A stretch of 63,856 nt of DNA, the filler included, from Vicugna vicugna (taxonomy: Eukaryota), in assembly GCA_013265495.1 (NCBI GenBank). It is 79 parts of 77 records of this genome, joined end to end, with 100 filler letters (N's around TTAATTAATTAA, not from the genome) between each part and the next. Parts side by side here need not be neighbours in the genome. Positions count along the whole stretch, not along the records: positions 35,724 to 36,702 come from MU063342.1; positions 36,803 to 37,943 come from MU063343.1; positions 38,044 to 38,850 come from PNXW01028779.1; positions 38,951 to 39,459 come from PNXW01028780.1; positions 39,560 to 39,982 come from PNXW01028783.1; positions 40,083 to 40,517 come from PNXW01028784.1; positions 40,618 to 41,150 come from MU063345.1; positions 41,251 to 41,859 come from MU063347.1; 71 more parts are not named here. One strand, 5' to 3'. The position numbers were made by a program, and so were the translations under genes. The notes below the pieces were generated by a model. The model was not told where the DNA came from. It searched no databases and was given only the letters and a program-made list of their open reading frames with translations. Positions 35,624 through 48,852 of this stretch are shown here, piece by piece (position 1 is the first letter of the stretch; each line of letters opens with the position of its first letter).

Positions 35624-37159
35624 NNNNNNNNNNNNNNNNNNNNNNNNNNNNNNNNNNNNNNNNNNNNTTAATTAATTAANNNNNNNNNNNNNNNNNNNNN
35701 NNNNNNNNNNNNNNNNNNNNNNNCCCTGGGAGCCTGAGCGTGGAGCAGGTGCTAAGAGAGTGTTGGATAGGGAGACAGATGGTCTTATAGATGGTTGTGA
35801 ATGGCTTATAATTCAGAGAGGCTTCAAGAATGTTCCGGTTAAAGGAATTTTCGGGGATCCAATTTCCCATATGCGCCCTGGGGAGAGGAAACACCATCTT
35901 CTTGGGTTCCTGTCAAAGTTCACCCAGGGAAGGACATCCAGAAAACGTCTGAAGTCTGTTTTTCTGAGGTTGTCATTCTATCAAAAAAAAAAAAAAACTG
36001 CCCACGTGCCTGTGTGTGCACGTGTGTACGTGCGGGAACCCTGGCTCCCCTGCTCCCTCACCAGCAGGCAGTTACTGCTCTGGGTATTCAGGGAAAGCCG
36101 AAAATTAACGGAACTCAATGCGATGAGCGACACCTTGTAAAACAATCTCAATGACCAGACAACCAATCTCCGCGCAGTTCCAGAGAGGATGGAAGGAAAC
36201 CAGGGGGGNNNNNNNNNNNNNNNNNNNNNNNNNNNNNNNNNNNNNNNNNNNNNNNNNNNNNNNNNNNNNNNNNNNNNNNNNNNNNNNNNNNNNNNNNNNN
36301 NNNNNNNNGGAGAGGAGCCATCCCTTTTCCAAGAAGGGACAGCCAGGGGACGGTGACAAGCAAGGATGCCCGAGTTAGTCAGGTGGGGAAGAGTGCTGAG
36401 TAATCCGTGCCCGGGCCGTCGGGAGGCAGCGGCTGATCCTCCCCTGACAGCGGGGAGAAGACCTGCTTCTCCAGGGGGGCCCGGGCTCCTGGGGGAGGCC
36501 AGGCCGTGCCCCGGGGCCCCACCCCCCACCCCCAGGAGAACCGTGGTGCTGGTTCTCTAGTCCCTCCTGGAGGGGCTGGTGACCTGGCCTGAGCAGCCGC
36601 TCCCGGAGGGGACCTGGGCTAGTGGGTGGAGGGCATCCTCACATTGACCCCAGGGGTCTAAGCCTGGGAAAGGGCACAGTCCGTCCTCACCGCCCCACCC
36701 CGNNNNNNNNNNNNNNNNNNNNNNNNNNNNNNNNNNNNNNNNNNNNTTAATTAATTAANNNNNNNNNNNNNNNNNNNNNNNNNNNNNNNNNNNNNNNNNN
36801 NNTTTCACCTAGAAGGGCTGCCTTCATGATCTGTGTTGTCAGGTATTAAAGGACTGCCATCATGATGTCTGGTCAGGTGAAGGCTATGCAAATGGGAGTT
36901 TCTATTTAATAAAAAAAATTACAAATAGAAAATTAGAACAAGGGTGGTGACAGGGGCTATAGAAAGTGGGGCCATTAGCTTTGGTAGCTTCAGGTGCGGT
37001 GGCCTNNNNNNNNNNNNNNNNNNNNNNNNNNNNNNNNNNNNNNNNNNNNNNTCAGTGGGAAACTGAGTGTATCTCATGGGCTGGGCATTGTCCTATTTGT
37101 ACTGTGTGTTCCTTATTTGAGACAGTGAGCTCACTTAACCTCAATAACCTCATTAAAAA

Positions 37160-37280
37160 ATTAGACTTTTTATTTTGAGATATAATGTAGATTCCCATGT
37201 AGTTGTAAGAGACACTATGGAGAGGGCCTATGGACTCTTTGCCCAGTTTTCCTTAATTGTTCCATCTTACAAAGTTGGGG
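37160..37280 (-). mobile_element. Old L1 3'-end fragment
   Basis: TTTTATTTTGAGATA...GTAGATTC.CATG.AGTTGTAAGA...CCCAGTTT.CC is typical of L1MB/MC 3' termini. Confidence 0.6.
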
Positions 37281-37814
37281 TACAATTCATACTGACTCAC
37301 TAACAATTTTAAGTTTGTGTTATTGCCCTCATTTCTATTCACGATTAAACTGGGGCTTAGAGAATCACACAGGCCTGCCCATGTCACCCACATGGTTAGT
37401 GTAGAGACGGGTGGAACGTGGGCTTGGGATTTCCAGGCAGTACCATTATGATGGTCTGTGGCAGGGAGCAGCATTCACTTTGCTTGTTTATTCATTCATT
37501 CAACAGACATTTATTGAGTANNNNNNNNNNNNNNNNNNNNNNNNNNNNNNNNNNNNNNNNNNNNNNNNNNNNNNNNNNNNNNNNNNNNNNNNNNNNNNNN
37601 NNNNNNNNNNNNNNNNNNNNNNNNNNNNNNNNNNNNNNNNNNNNNNNNNNNNNNNNNNNNNNNNNNNNNNNNNNNNNNNNNNNNNNNNNNNNNNGTTACC
37701 CTAGGCATTTTACATTTGCAAACATCCGTAATCCAGATATATTCTTGTAAGGCAAGGATTTTGTTTTTAATTGAATTATAGTCAAGTGTACAATGTTGTG
37801 TCAATTGCAAGATG

Positions 37815-37943
37815 TTTTTTTAATTTTGAATTAAAAATATTTTTTGAGGAAGGTAATTAAGTTTATTTATTTGTTTCATTATTTAAAATAAGGTACAAGG
37901 GTTTGACCCCAGGATCTCGTACATGATAAGCTCGTGCTCTACC
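37815..37943 (-). mobile_element. Vic-1-type SINE (5' end cut by contig edge)
   Basis: GGTAATTAAGTTTATTTATTT...GGTACAAGGGTTTGACCCCAGGATCTCGTACATGATAAGCTCGTGCTCTACC; homologous to 24924-25086. Confidence 0.82.
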
Positions 37944-40082
37944 NNNNNNNNNNNNNNNNNNNNNNNNNNNNNNNNNNNNNNNNNNNNTTAATTAATTAAN
38001 NNNNNNNNNNNNNNNNNNNNNNNNNNNNNNNNNNNNNNNNNNNCAAAAGAGGAGGCACTGGCCTGGGGGCTGGGGCAGGGATCCGGGTGTCCACTGCTCA
38101 TTCACCAGTCTGCCCAGGGGGAGAAGGTGGTCCTCCCTTACGTTGCACCGATGCACCTACATTGACTAAAGCCTGGGGGCTCAGCAGGAGCTGACAGGTG
38201 AGGTGAACAGAGCCAGTCTGGGAGTGGCCGGTGCTGGCAGCTGTGCCCTCAACTTTGCCCAGGCCACTAAACTTGCCAGCTCATCTACAAGGAGCAGAAG
38301 GGGAGTGCGGGCGCATAGATCACAGGGCCCCACGAGGACAAGTACAGATCATGGCCACGACATGCCTCTCCCCTTCCTTAAGCCACAGAGGCATGTCCGG
38401 GGAGGAAGTGAAAATTAATCCAGAGCCCGCCAGGCACCACACGCCGGTGGGACACGGATCCCCTGTGCCTGTCATTCACAGGACTGGTGTGGACTTTCTT
38501 TTTATCAATTCTCTGGCATACAACAACCAGAAAGTAGAATCTGAGCTTAGAATCACAGAGAATCACAGAGCACCCCCTCCACAGCGGACCTGGCAGCATG
38601 TGCCATGTCCTCCGACCGTCACCTTTGGGACCACCATGGGCGCTCTCCAGACTCAAGGCCTGAGGCCGTAGGCCGGGGGTCACAGCTTCCCTCACTCTCC
38701 CCAGCAAAGGGGGACCACCTCTCGGCAAAGACATCTCATCCTCTTCTGCCCGAGGGAAAGCTCGAAAGATACACAGGGAAACATAGTAGCCTGTGAGGCT
38801 CTAGACAGCCCAGAAGAGCTCGTCTGCACTTCCAAGGCAGAGTGGGGCCTNNNNNNNNNNNNNNNNNNNNNNNNNNNNNNNNNNNNNNNNNNNNTTAATT
38901 AATTAANNNNNNNNNNNNNNNNNNNNNNNNNNNNNNNNNNNNNNNNNNNNGAGCTCTCAGGCCCCAGCTAAGGGACAGAAGCAGCCAACAGGGCTGCAAT
39001 TGGCGGGCAGCCTCTCCCCCAGCAGGGGACTTGGGGTCGGTCCGGTTCTCTGTGTTTGTTGTGATGACACCCCAGCCAGAGAGCGTTCTCCTAGGCCTGT
39101 CCTCACAAAACCCTTCTCTCCAAAATACAAGCACATCATGTCACAATCCTCAACCAGGAAATGTTCAACCCACTTTTTCCCTCCCCAGTAAAGTACCCAA
39201 CTGTCCTCCCTCCCATCCCACCACTTCTTTGTGAGAAATCTGCACTCTCCACACACCATCCTGAATGCAGATGCTAGCTGGACCCGAGATGCTTCATTCT
39301 CACACACCCTGTGTCCTTTCACTTTCCCCTTTGTACCTTAAAAAAGCCTTTCCTGAGTCACCTACTCCTCTGATTTGACTTTCACAAAGTATTGAGGTTG
39401 CAGTCACTTTGTAAATACCTCCCAGGTTTGGCTGGGTTTCCTTCCCAAGATCTTCATTANNNNNNNNNNNNNNNNNNNNNNNNNNNNNNNNNNNNNNNNN
39501 NNNTTAATTAATTAANNNNNNNNNNNNNNNNNNNNNNNNNNNNNNNNNNNNNNNNNNNNACTGACAAATCCCAGGCTCCTTTGAGGCTGTCATTTTCGTT
39601 TTCTGGCCAACCCCCGTCAATGAGCAGAACCACCCCAATCCAGAGCCATGGTACTCACGTGGGAAGGAGTTTTGGAGAAACTTCCAGGTATAGAATGTAA
39701 CCAACTATACGTAGAACTCTCACAAAGTAAAAGATGCAATACTCTGATTTTGGAAGACACTCAAAATATTCTTCTAAGCCTAAGTAGCTCAGCCACTTAT
39801 TTATTTCACAGCCAGTGAGCATCTCCCACAAGCCCTGTATCCCTGTGTCTGCTGGCAGCCTCAGGCACACTCTTGCTGTCCATCTTGTAAGTCACAGGGA
39901 AGAGGCGTGTGTCTCACGCCTACACTCACGCCTACGGCCCTCACACAGGCTCGCCTCCTAGCCTCACTGTATGAATTTGGCCNNNNNNNNNNNNNNNNNN
40001 NNNNNNNNNNNNNNNNNNNNNNNNNNTTAATTAATTAANNNNNNNNNNNNNNNNNNNNNNNNNNNNNNNNNNNNNNNNNNNN

Positions 40083-40517
40083 TGGTGGATGAAAGGTCAT
40101 TAATACACATGCTCACAACTCAGAAACGTATGATTGCCGAATCCGTCATACATTTATCACGTACGGAACCCGGAATGCCATGTTGTTGGAATTCATGTAA
40201 ATAACGTATCTGTTAGGTGAAATCGCTCCCAGACTTATTTTTCTCTGAAAAATGCACGAATTCGAACTTGGTGTTAGGGAAAGCTTGTGAAAATATGTAC
40301 AAGTGTCTATATGAAAATATTCCTTTATAGAGGATGAAGGATTAGTCATCCACATGCTCTCAACTCAGGAATGCATGTTTGTCAAATCCGTCATTTATGT
40401 AGCATGTAATGAACACGGAATATCATGTAGATGGAATCTACTCAAATTACATATCTCTAGGGTATGCCCAACAGGATTTTTCTGGGATCAAAGAGTGATT
40501 GTTGAACTGGTGATAGG
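40083..40517 (+). repeat. Satellite B
   Basis: Collinear with the B consensus. Confidence 0.94.
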
Positions 40518-40617
40518 NNNNNNNNNNNNNNNNNNNNNNNNNNNNNNNNNNNNNNNNNNNNTTAATTAATTAANNNNNNNNNNNNNNNNNNNNNNNNNNN
40601 NNNNNNNNNNNNNNNNN

Positions 40618-41150
40618 ACATGAGAACCCTTCTTCGTCAGTGTGCTGGGGGTGTGAATACAGAGTCCATGCATATTTCATTGGGCACAGGTATTCATAGA
40701 TTGGGGGTTGAAGGAAAAACTCCTGTATAGCACATGGAGAGGAACTCGCTAATACTTGGTTTAAGAGCCCAAACCTCACTTTCCCCCGCCCTCAGGCCTA
40801 GGCAAAACATCAGTGAAGTCAAGCTAAGGGATTCTATTAGAACTCACGGAATGCTCTCAGTTGGAGGAACTTCCCCCACTCAGGANNNNNNNNNNNNNNN
40901 NNNNNNNNNNNNNNNNNNNNNNNNNNNNNNNNNNNNNNNNNNNNNNNNNNNNNNNNNNNNNNNNNNNNNNNNNNNNNNNNNNNNNNNNNNNNNNNNNNNN
41001 NNNNNNNNNNNNNNNNNNNNNNNNNNNNNNNNAGAGTAACCCTTCCCTCATATCCCTGCCTAGGGACATGCTCAGGGGATACAATTTAAAGGATTCTCTT
41101 AGAATCCAGGCGCTGCAGTCAGTTGGAAGAACTTCCCCAATCTCAGGATT
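40618..41150 (+). repeat. Satellite C
   Basis: AAGCTAAGGGATTCTATTAGAAC..CAGTTGGAGGAAC, the opposite orientation of the C core. Confidence 0.87.
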
Positions 41151-41959
41151 NNNNNNNNNNNNNNNNNNNNNNNNNNNNNNNNNNNNNNNNNNNNTTAATT
41201 AATTAANNNNNNNNNNNNNNNNNNNNNNNNNNNNNNNNNNNNNNNNNNNNGAAGGGGACAAGGGCACAAGTGGTGGGGCAGCTTCTCAGTGGTGGGGCAT
41301 TGCCCTCCAGACCCAACACTCAACAGCATGGACCCCTGGTGTTGGCCACAGTCTTTGCTTGATGAGGCTGTTGGGTAGCTGAGCTCATGAGACGTGGATG
41401 CCATTCTTCCACTTTCACCAAGAGCTCTATTTTGAAGATTCCGGTCAGAGAGCCACAAATACTCCCTAGCCCATAAACAAAGAACAGTCCCTTTCCCTCG
41501 GGGAAGGGCACACAGAAGGAGAACGGATCATCCCGAGAGCAGGAGAGGCCAGATCAGTCCTGCCATCAGGGGTCTGACAGATGAGCCAGCTCAGTTCCTC
41601 TTACTAGTTGTTTACTTGGAGGATCTGGGGTATTTCGGTGACCTGNNNNNNNNNNNNNNNNNNNNNNNNNNNNNNNNNNNNNNNNNNNNNNNNNNNNNNN
41701 NNNNNNNNNNNNNNNNNNNNNNNNNNNNNNNNNNNNNNNNNNNNNNTGGTGGACAACATGGCCTCTGCTCCCTGGTGGAGCCAGGAGATTACAATGTTAA
41801 GAACGACTGCGGAAGCATAATTTCTATGTTGAGAGGCCAGATGGCCTTACATATCTCTCNNNNNNNNNNNNNNNNNNNNNNNNNNNNNNNNNNNNNNNNN
41901 NNNTTAATTAATTAANNNNNNNNNNNNNNNNNNNNNNNNNNNNNNNNNNNNNNNNNNNN

Positions 41960-42416
41960 TTGTCAGTGCGTGGGGGAGCTCGAGAGACAACTCCACGCGT
42001 CTCTATTCATTCACAGGAGTTCCCTGTTGGGGAAGTCCGAGAAACAAATTTCCTGACCTTGGGGAGGCAGCTTCTGTCACTGGGATATCCTGCAAACTCC
42101 CCAAGCATTCCGTGGCACAGAGACGTTAGGAAAACCCNNNNNNNNNNNNNNNNNNNNNNNNNNNNNNNNNNNNNNNNNNNNNNNNNNNNNNNNNNNNNNN
42201 NNNNNNNNNNNNNNNNACCATTGTCAGTGCGTGGGGGAGCTCGAGAGACAACTCCACGCAGCTCACTTCACTCACAGGTGTTCCCTGTTCGGGGAAGTCC
42301 GAGAAAAACTTTCCCTGACCTTGGGGAGGCAACCTCTGTCACTGGGATATCCTGCAAACACCCCTATCTTACCCTGGAACAGAGATATTAGGAAAACCCT
42401 CAGGGGAGACGAGCTT
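41960..42416 (+). repeat. Satellite A
   Basis: Two partial monomers. Confidence 0.94.
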
Positions 42417-42516
42417 NNNNNNNNNNNNNNNNNNNNNNNNNNNNNNNNNNNNNNNNNNNNTTAATTAATTAANNNNNNNNNNNNNNNNNNNNNNNNNNNN
42501 NNNNNNNNNNNNNNNN

Positions 42517-42982
42517 ATGCATGTTTGTCGAATACATCATACATGTAGCAAGTTCGGAACTTGGAAATCCATGTAGATGTAATGAATTCAAATTACATAT
42601 CTCTACAGTATTATATGATCCAAGAGAGTTTTTCTGGGATCAAATTGTGATTATTGAAACTGGTGATAGGAAGAGTATACGAAGTCAAACTAAATATTTC
42701 AAAGTGCATAGGTACATATTTTGGTAGTTGAAACATCAGTCATACGCATGTTCACAACTCAGAAATGCATGTTTCAGGAGCCCGTGTTGCATGAAAAAAA
42801 CATGTTCGGAATACAGAATGCCATGGTTATGTAAACAATGTAAATTACATGTGTATTGGTGAGAATTCGCTCAGAGAGATTTTTTGGTGCCTAAAGTCCT
42901 ATTATAGGACCTGGTGATAGAAAAAATCTATGAAGTATGAGTAAATATTTCTAAGTGTATATATGCCATGTTTGGTGGATGA
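42517..42982 (+). repeat. Satellite B
   Basis: Collinear with the B consensus. Confidence 0.94.
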
Positions 42983-43082
42983 NNNNNNNNNNNNNNNNNN
43001 NNNNNNNNNNNNNNNNNNNNNNNNNNTTAATTAATTAANNNNNNNNNNNNNNNNNNNNNNNNNNNNNNNNNNNNNNNNNNNN

Positions 43083-43546
43083 GCGCCTGCGTTCAAAAAG
43101 AATCCCAAAGCTTGTCTTCCCTGATGGTATGCCTAGTCTGGAGTGTGGGGGAAAGTGGGGTTTGGGCATGAAGTCCAAGTAGCAACGAGTGCCCCCTGAT
43201 TTACTGGGGAAGTACTTAGAGGATTTCACCCTAAAATGGAACAACTCTGCCACCATTCATCTGCGTGGGCTGGGTCTCCACAACTCCCCCCCACACAAGG
43301 CTGGGATCCGGAATCCTGAGGGTGTGGAATTTCCTCCAACTGACAGCAGCGCCTGCGTTCGAATAGAATAACTCAGCTTGTATTCCCTGAGTGTTTCCAG
43401 CTGCGAGCGAAAGCTGGGGGTTTTGCTTGGAGGCCAAGTAGCAGCTTGTGCCAACGGATTGACTGAGGAATTACTTAGGGAACTCCCATACCGGGGAACA
43501 ACTGTGTCACCATTCTTCTGCGTGGATTGGGGCTGCACATCTCCCC
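43083..43546 (-). repeat. Satellite C
   Basis: GCGCCTGCGTTC at 43083 and 43349; nearly identical to 50848-51120. Confidence 0.9.
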
Positions 43547-44323
43547 NNNNNNNNNNNNNNNNNNNNNNNNNNNNNNNNNNNNNNNNNNNNTTAATTAATT
43601 AANNNNNNNNNNNNNNNNNNNNNNNNNNNNNNNNNNNNNNNNNNNNAACCATTTAGATTCCTAAAAATCTTTATTGACTTATTTAGCAATAGGTACTACC
43701 CTACCAACTAACTACTTTGCTATTTCTCTAGCCAAATTTCCCAGCACCTGTTTTGAGGAATTACTGGAAAATAGGTCACATCTCACCTTATTTAAATCAT
43801 TTAGCTACAAAAATATTTCTTGATCAGTGAAGTCCTTCAGTATAGTTAACGGAAATAGGGAAATTAAAATAAGGGACAGCATCTAAAGCAAATCTTGAGA
43901 TGATGACATTGATGATGATGACGATTTCTGTTAATGATTTTTAAATGCTTGCTATCTGCCTAGCATTATGCAAAGCATATCACATGAGTTATCTCATGTA
44001 ATCCTTTCATTGACCTGTGAGATCACTACAGTGTAATTTAGGTTTCAAGTGATATGAATAATCTAAATCCAAACTTTTCTATGAAATGTATATTCTCAAG
44101 CTTTAAAGCAAGCCATCATGCACATAGCACAAAATTCCCTGCATTTCCAGTTTATTTCTTAATGTTGTAATTTAAAATCATTTTTTATTGACTTATAATC
44201 ATTTTACAATGTTCTTTCAAATTNNNNNNNNNNNNNNNNNNNNNNNNNNNNNNNNNNNNNNNNNNNNTTAATTAATTAANNNNNNNNNNNNNNNNNNNNN
44301 NNNNNNNNNNNNNNNNNNNNNNN

Positions 44324-45101
44324 TCCTTCAACATGATATTCCGTGTTCTGTACATGATACATGCATGATGGATTCGAGAAACATGCCTTCCTGAGTTGAG
44401 AGCATGTGGATTACTGATCTTTCATCCTCTATAATAGGAATATTTTCATCTAGACACGTGTATAGGTTTTCACTACCTTTCCCTAACTCCAATTTCTTAT
44501 TCATGCATTTTTCACAGAAAAATACTTCTTGAGAGATTTCCACCTAATAGATATGTAATTTACATGAATTCCATCAACATAGCATTCAGGGTTCCGTACA
44601 TGTTACATGAATGACGGATTCGACAAACATGTGTTTCTGAGTTGTGAGCATGTGGATTAGGGAACTTTCATCCACCAAACAAATGTGGATTAGGGAACTT
44701 TCATCCACCAAACAAAGCATATATGCACTTACAAATATTTACTCTGACTTCATAGTTTTTTTCTATCACCAGGTTCTAAAATAGGACACTTGACACCAGA
44801 AAACACTCTTTGAGCGAATTCTCACCAATACACATGTAATTTACATTGTTTACATAATCATGGCATTGCATATTCTGAACATGATTCATGTATCACGAAT
44901 TCCTCAAACATGCATTTCTGAGTTGTCAACATGCGCATGACTGATGTTTCAACCTACAAACAAATTACCTATGCACTTTGAAATATTTATGTAGACTTCG
45001 TTTCTTCTTCCTTTCACCAGTATCAAGAATCACACTTTGATCTCAGAAAAAGCCTATTGGAGCGAAAACTACCCTAGAGATATGTAATTTGAATAGATTC
45101 A
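44324..45101 (-). repeat. Satellite B (one full trimer plus a 33-bp duplication)
   Basis: Ungapped full unit; TGTGGATTAGGGAACTTTCATCCACCAAACAAA duplicated at 44651 and 44684. Confidence 0.95.
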
Positions 45102-45201
45102 NNNNNNNNNNNNNNNNNNNNNNNNNNNNNNNNNNNNNNNNNNNNTTAATTAATTAANNNNNNNNNNNNNNNNNNNNNNNNNNNNNNNNNNNNNNNNNNN
45201 N

Positions 45202-45972
45202 TTCGGGGAAGTCCGAGAAATAACTCCTGACCTTGGGGAGATTACCTCTCTCACTCGGTTATCCTGCAAAACCCCCTAGCATTCCCTGGAAGAGGGACAT
45301 TAGGAAAACACTCAGGGGAGACGAGCTTAGGCTTTGTCTTAGAACCCAAGCGCTGCCGACCGTTGGTGGTTCCTCCCCACGCTCAGGATTCCGGAACCAT
45401 TGTCAGTGCGTGGGGGATCTCGAGAGACAACTCCACGCAGCTCTCTTCAGTCACAGGTGTTCACTGTTCGGGGAANNNNNNNNNNNNNNNNNNNNAGCCT
45501 CTGTCACTGGGATATCCTGCCAACTCCCCAAGCATTCCCTGGGACAGAGACATTAGGAAAACCCTCAGGGGAGACGAGCTTAGGCTTTCCTTTGAACCCA
45601 CGCGCTGCTGACCGATGGTGGAACCTCCCCACGCTCAGGATTCCGGAACCATTGTCAGTGTGTGGGGGAGCTCGAGAGACATCCCCACGCAGCTCTCTTC
45701 AGTCACAGGTGTTTCCTGTGGTGAGAAGTACGAGAAATAACTTCCCTGACCTTGGGGAGGCAGCCTCTGTCACTGGGATATCCTGCAAACCCCCCTAGAA
45801 TTCCCTGGCAGAGAGACATTAGGAAAATCCAAAGGGGAGACGAGCTTAGGCTTTACGTTAGAATCCACGCGCTGCCGACCGTTGGTGGTTCCTCCCCACA
45901 CTCAGGATTCCGGAACCATTGTAAGTCCGTGGGGGTGCTCGAGAGACAACTCCACGCAGCTCATTTCAGTCA
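45202..45972 (+). repeat. Satellite A
   Basis: About 3 monomers. Confidence 0.95.
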
Positions 45973-46072
45973 NNNNNNNNNNNNNNNNNNNNNNNNNNNN
46001 NNNNNNNNNNNNNNNNTTAATTAATTAANNNNNNNNNNNNNNNNNNNNNNNNNNNNNNNNNNNNNNNNNNNN

Positions 46073-47234
46073 CATTTTTCACAGAAAAATAGTTCTGGAG
46101 CAATTTTCAGGTAACAGATATGTAATTTATATGAATTCCAACAACATGGCATTACGGGTTCCGTACATGCTAAATGTATGATTGATTCGGCATTCATGCG
46201 TTTCTGACTTGTGAGCATGTGGATTACTGACCTTTCATCCACCAAACAAGGCGTATATNNNNNNNNNNNNNNNNNNNNNNNNNNNNNNNNNNNNNNNNNN
46301 NNNNNNNNNNNNNNNNNNNNNNNNNNNNNNNNNNNNNNNNNNNNNNNNNNNNNNNNNNNNNNNNNNNNNNNNNNNNNNNNNNNNNNNNNNNNNNNNNNNN
46401 NNNNNNNNNNNNNNNNNNNNNNNNNNNNNNNNNNNNNNNNNNNNNNNNNNNNNNNNNNNNNNNNNNNNNNNNNNNNNNNNNNNNNNNNNNNNNNNNNNNN
46501 NNNNNNNNNNNNNNNNNNNNNNNNNNNNNNNNNNNNNNNNNNNNNNNNNNNNNNNNNNNNNNNNNNNNNNNNNNNNNNNNNNNNNNNNNNNNNNNNNNNN
46601 NNNNNNNNNNNNNNNNNNNNNNNNNNNNNNNNNNNNNNNNNNNNNNNNNNNNNNNNNNNNNNNNNNNNNNNNNNNNNNNNNNNNNNNNNNNNNNNNNNNN
46701 NNNNNNNNNNNNNNNNNNNNNNNNNNNNNNNNNNNTAAAAGGAATCATCTAGACACGTGTACACATTTTCACAAGCTTTCCCTAACACCAAGTTCGAATT
46801 CATGCATTTTTCACAGAAAAATTTTTCTGGGGCGATTTAATCCTAACAATGTGTAATTTACATGAATTTCTAGAACATGGATTTCCGGGTTCCGTACATG
46901 CTACATGTATGACAGATTCGGCAATCATACGTTTCTAGATTGTGAGCATGTGGATTACTGTCCTTTCATCCACCAAACAAGGTGTATAAGGGCTTAGAAA
47001 TATTTACTCAGACTTCACAGTTTTTTCTATCACCAGGTTCTAAAATCGGACATTTGGCACCAGAAAACACTCTTTGACCTAAATCTCACCAATACACATG
47101 TAATTTGAATGACTGATGTACACCAAACTAGTTACCTATGCACTCTGAAATATTTACTTTGACTTCGTAGCTTCTTCCTATCACCAGTTTCAAGAATCAC
47201 ACTTTGATCCCAGAAAAACCCTCTTGGAGTGGAG
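46073..47234 (-). repeat. Satellite B
   Basis: B motifs; ~100-bp internal deletion near 47107. Confidence 0.93.
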
Positions 47235-47334
47235 NNNNNNNNNNNNNNNNNNNNNNNNNNNNNNNNNNNNNNNNNNNNTTAATTAATTAANNNNNNNNNN
47301 NNNNNNNNNNNNNNNNNNNNNNNNNNNNNNNNNN

Positions 47335-47687
47335 GAACATGTCCATGCATCATGGATTCCTCAAACTTGAATTTCTGAGTTGTGAACATGTGCCTGACTG
47401 AATTTTCAAACACCCAACAAGTTACCTATGCACTTTGATATATTTATATTGACTTCGTTGTTTCTGCCTATCACCAGTTTCAAGAATCACACTTTGATCC
47501 AAAAAAAACACTCTTGGAGCGAATTCTACCCTAGAGATATGTATTTGGAATAGATTCCACTAGATGATATTCCGTGTTCCTTACATGCTACATACATGAC
47601 TGATTTGACAAACATGCATATTGAGTTGAGAGCATGTAGATAACTAATCTTTCATCCTCTATAAAAGGAATACTTTCATCTAGACAC
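47335..47687 (-). repeat. Satellite B
   Basis: B motifs. Confidence 0.93.
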
Positions 47688-47787
47688 NNNNNNNNNNNNN
47701 NNNNNNNNNNNNNNNNNNNNNNNNNNNNNNNTTAATTAATTAANNNNNNNNNNNNNNNNNNNNNNNNNNNNNNNNNNNNNNNNNNNN

Positions 47788-48446
47788 GCCATTTATAACT
47801 ATTTATAATAGGGGAAATGCTGAAAGCCTTCTTGGTAAATTCGGGAGAAATACAAGGATTGCTACTCTCAGCACTTGTGTTCAATAGTAATAGAAGAAAG
47901 GAAAAGAAAAAGAAATAAAAGAAATGCAAAATGGAATAAAGAGTCAAAATTGTCACCATTACAGATGGCATAACAATCTACATAGAGAGTCCTAAGGGCT
48001 CCACATTGACTATTATGAACAATAAATAATTTCATAAACGAAGCAGGGTACAAGATAAATGTAAAGAAGTCTCTTGCATTTGTACACATTAATCATGAGA
48101 TACCATAAAATGGACGTTGAAAGCAATAATATTTAAAACCTCATTCCCCCGAATATCTTGGAATAAATGTAACCACATATGTGAAAGATCTAATCACTGA
48201 AAATTATAAAACACTGACAAAGAAATTAAAAGTGATTCAAAGAAATGGAAAGATGTATTGTGCTCTTGGATTGAAAGAGTTAATATTGTTAACATGGCCG
48301 TACTACACAAAGAATCCTACAGATTTAGGGCAATTCCTGTTACGAAGAGTAGTATTTTCCACACAACGAGAAAATAAATAATTCTAATATTTACATGAAA
48401 CAAAAACTGCCTAAATGATCTTGAGAAAAAACAACAGTGCTGGAGG
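47788..48446 (+). mobile_element. LINE-1 ORF2 fragment (RT region and downstream), decayed
   Basis: ACAAGGATTGCTACTCTCAGCACTT, CAGATGGCATAACAATCTACATAGAGAGTCCTAA, GAAAATTATAAAACACTGA, AAATGGAAAGAT..TCTTGGATTG. Confidence 0.9.
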
Positions 48447-48546
48447 NNNNNNNNNNNNNNNNNNNNNNNNNNNNNNNNNNNNNNNNNNNNTTAATTAATT
48501 AANNNNNNNNNNNNNNNNNNNNNNNNNNNNNNNNNNNNNNNNNNNN

Positions 48547-48752
48547 TTTCTCCCTTCTTTTAAAAATCTTTCTCTCTCTCTCTTCTTTTTTCTTTTTTTT
48601 CTTTTTTCTTTTCCTAAGTTGTATTCCTAAATAGGCATTAGATAGATAAAATCCTTAAGATCCAAAATAGACAACTGATACTCCATAAACCACAGTGCCA
48701 GAGAGGTATGAGCAAGATGAAGAAGCAGAGAAACCTTTCCCAATTAAAAGAA
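48547..48752 (+). mobile_element. LINE-1 5'UTR/ORF1 junction fragment
   Basis: T-rich tract followed by ATGAGCAAGATGAAGAAGCAGAGAAACCTTTCCCAATTAAAAGAA (MSKMKKQRNLSQLKE), resembling laurasiatherian L1 ORF1 starts. Confidence 0.6.
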
Positions 48753-48852
48753 NNNNNNNNNNNNNNNNNNNNNNNNNNNNNNNNNNNNNNNNNNNNTTAA
48801 TTAATTAANNNNNNNNNNNNNNNNNNNNNNNNNNNNNNNNNNNNNNNNNNNN

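Noticed and set aside
38231..38734. Overlapping 118-146 aa ORFs in GC-rich unique sequence
   Set aside because: No recognisable homology or splice structure; expected by chance at this GC content.
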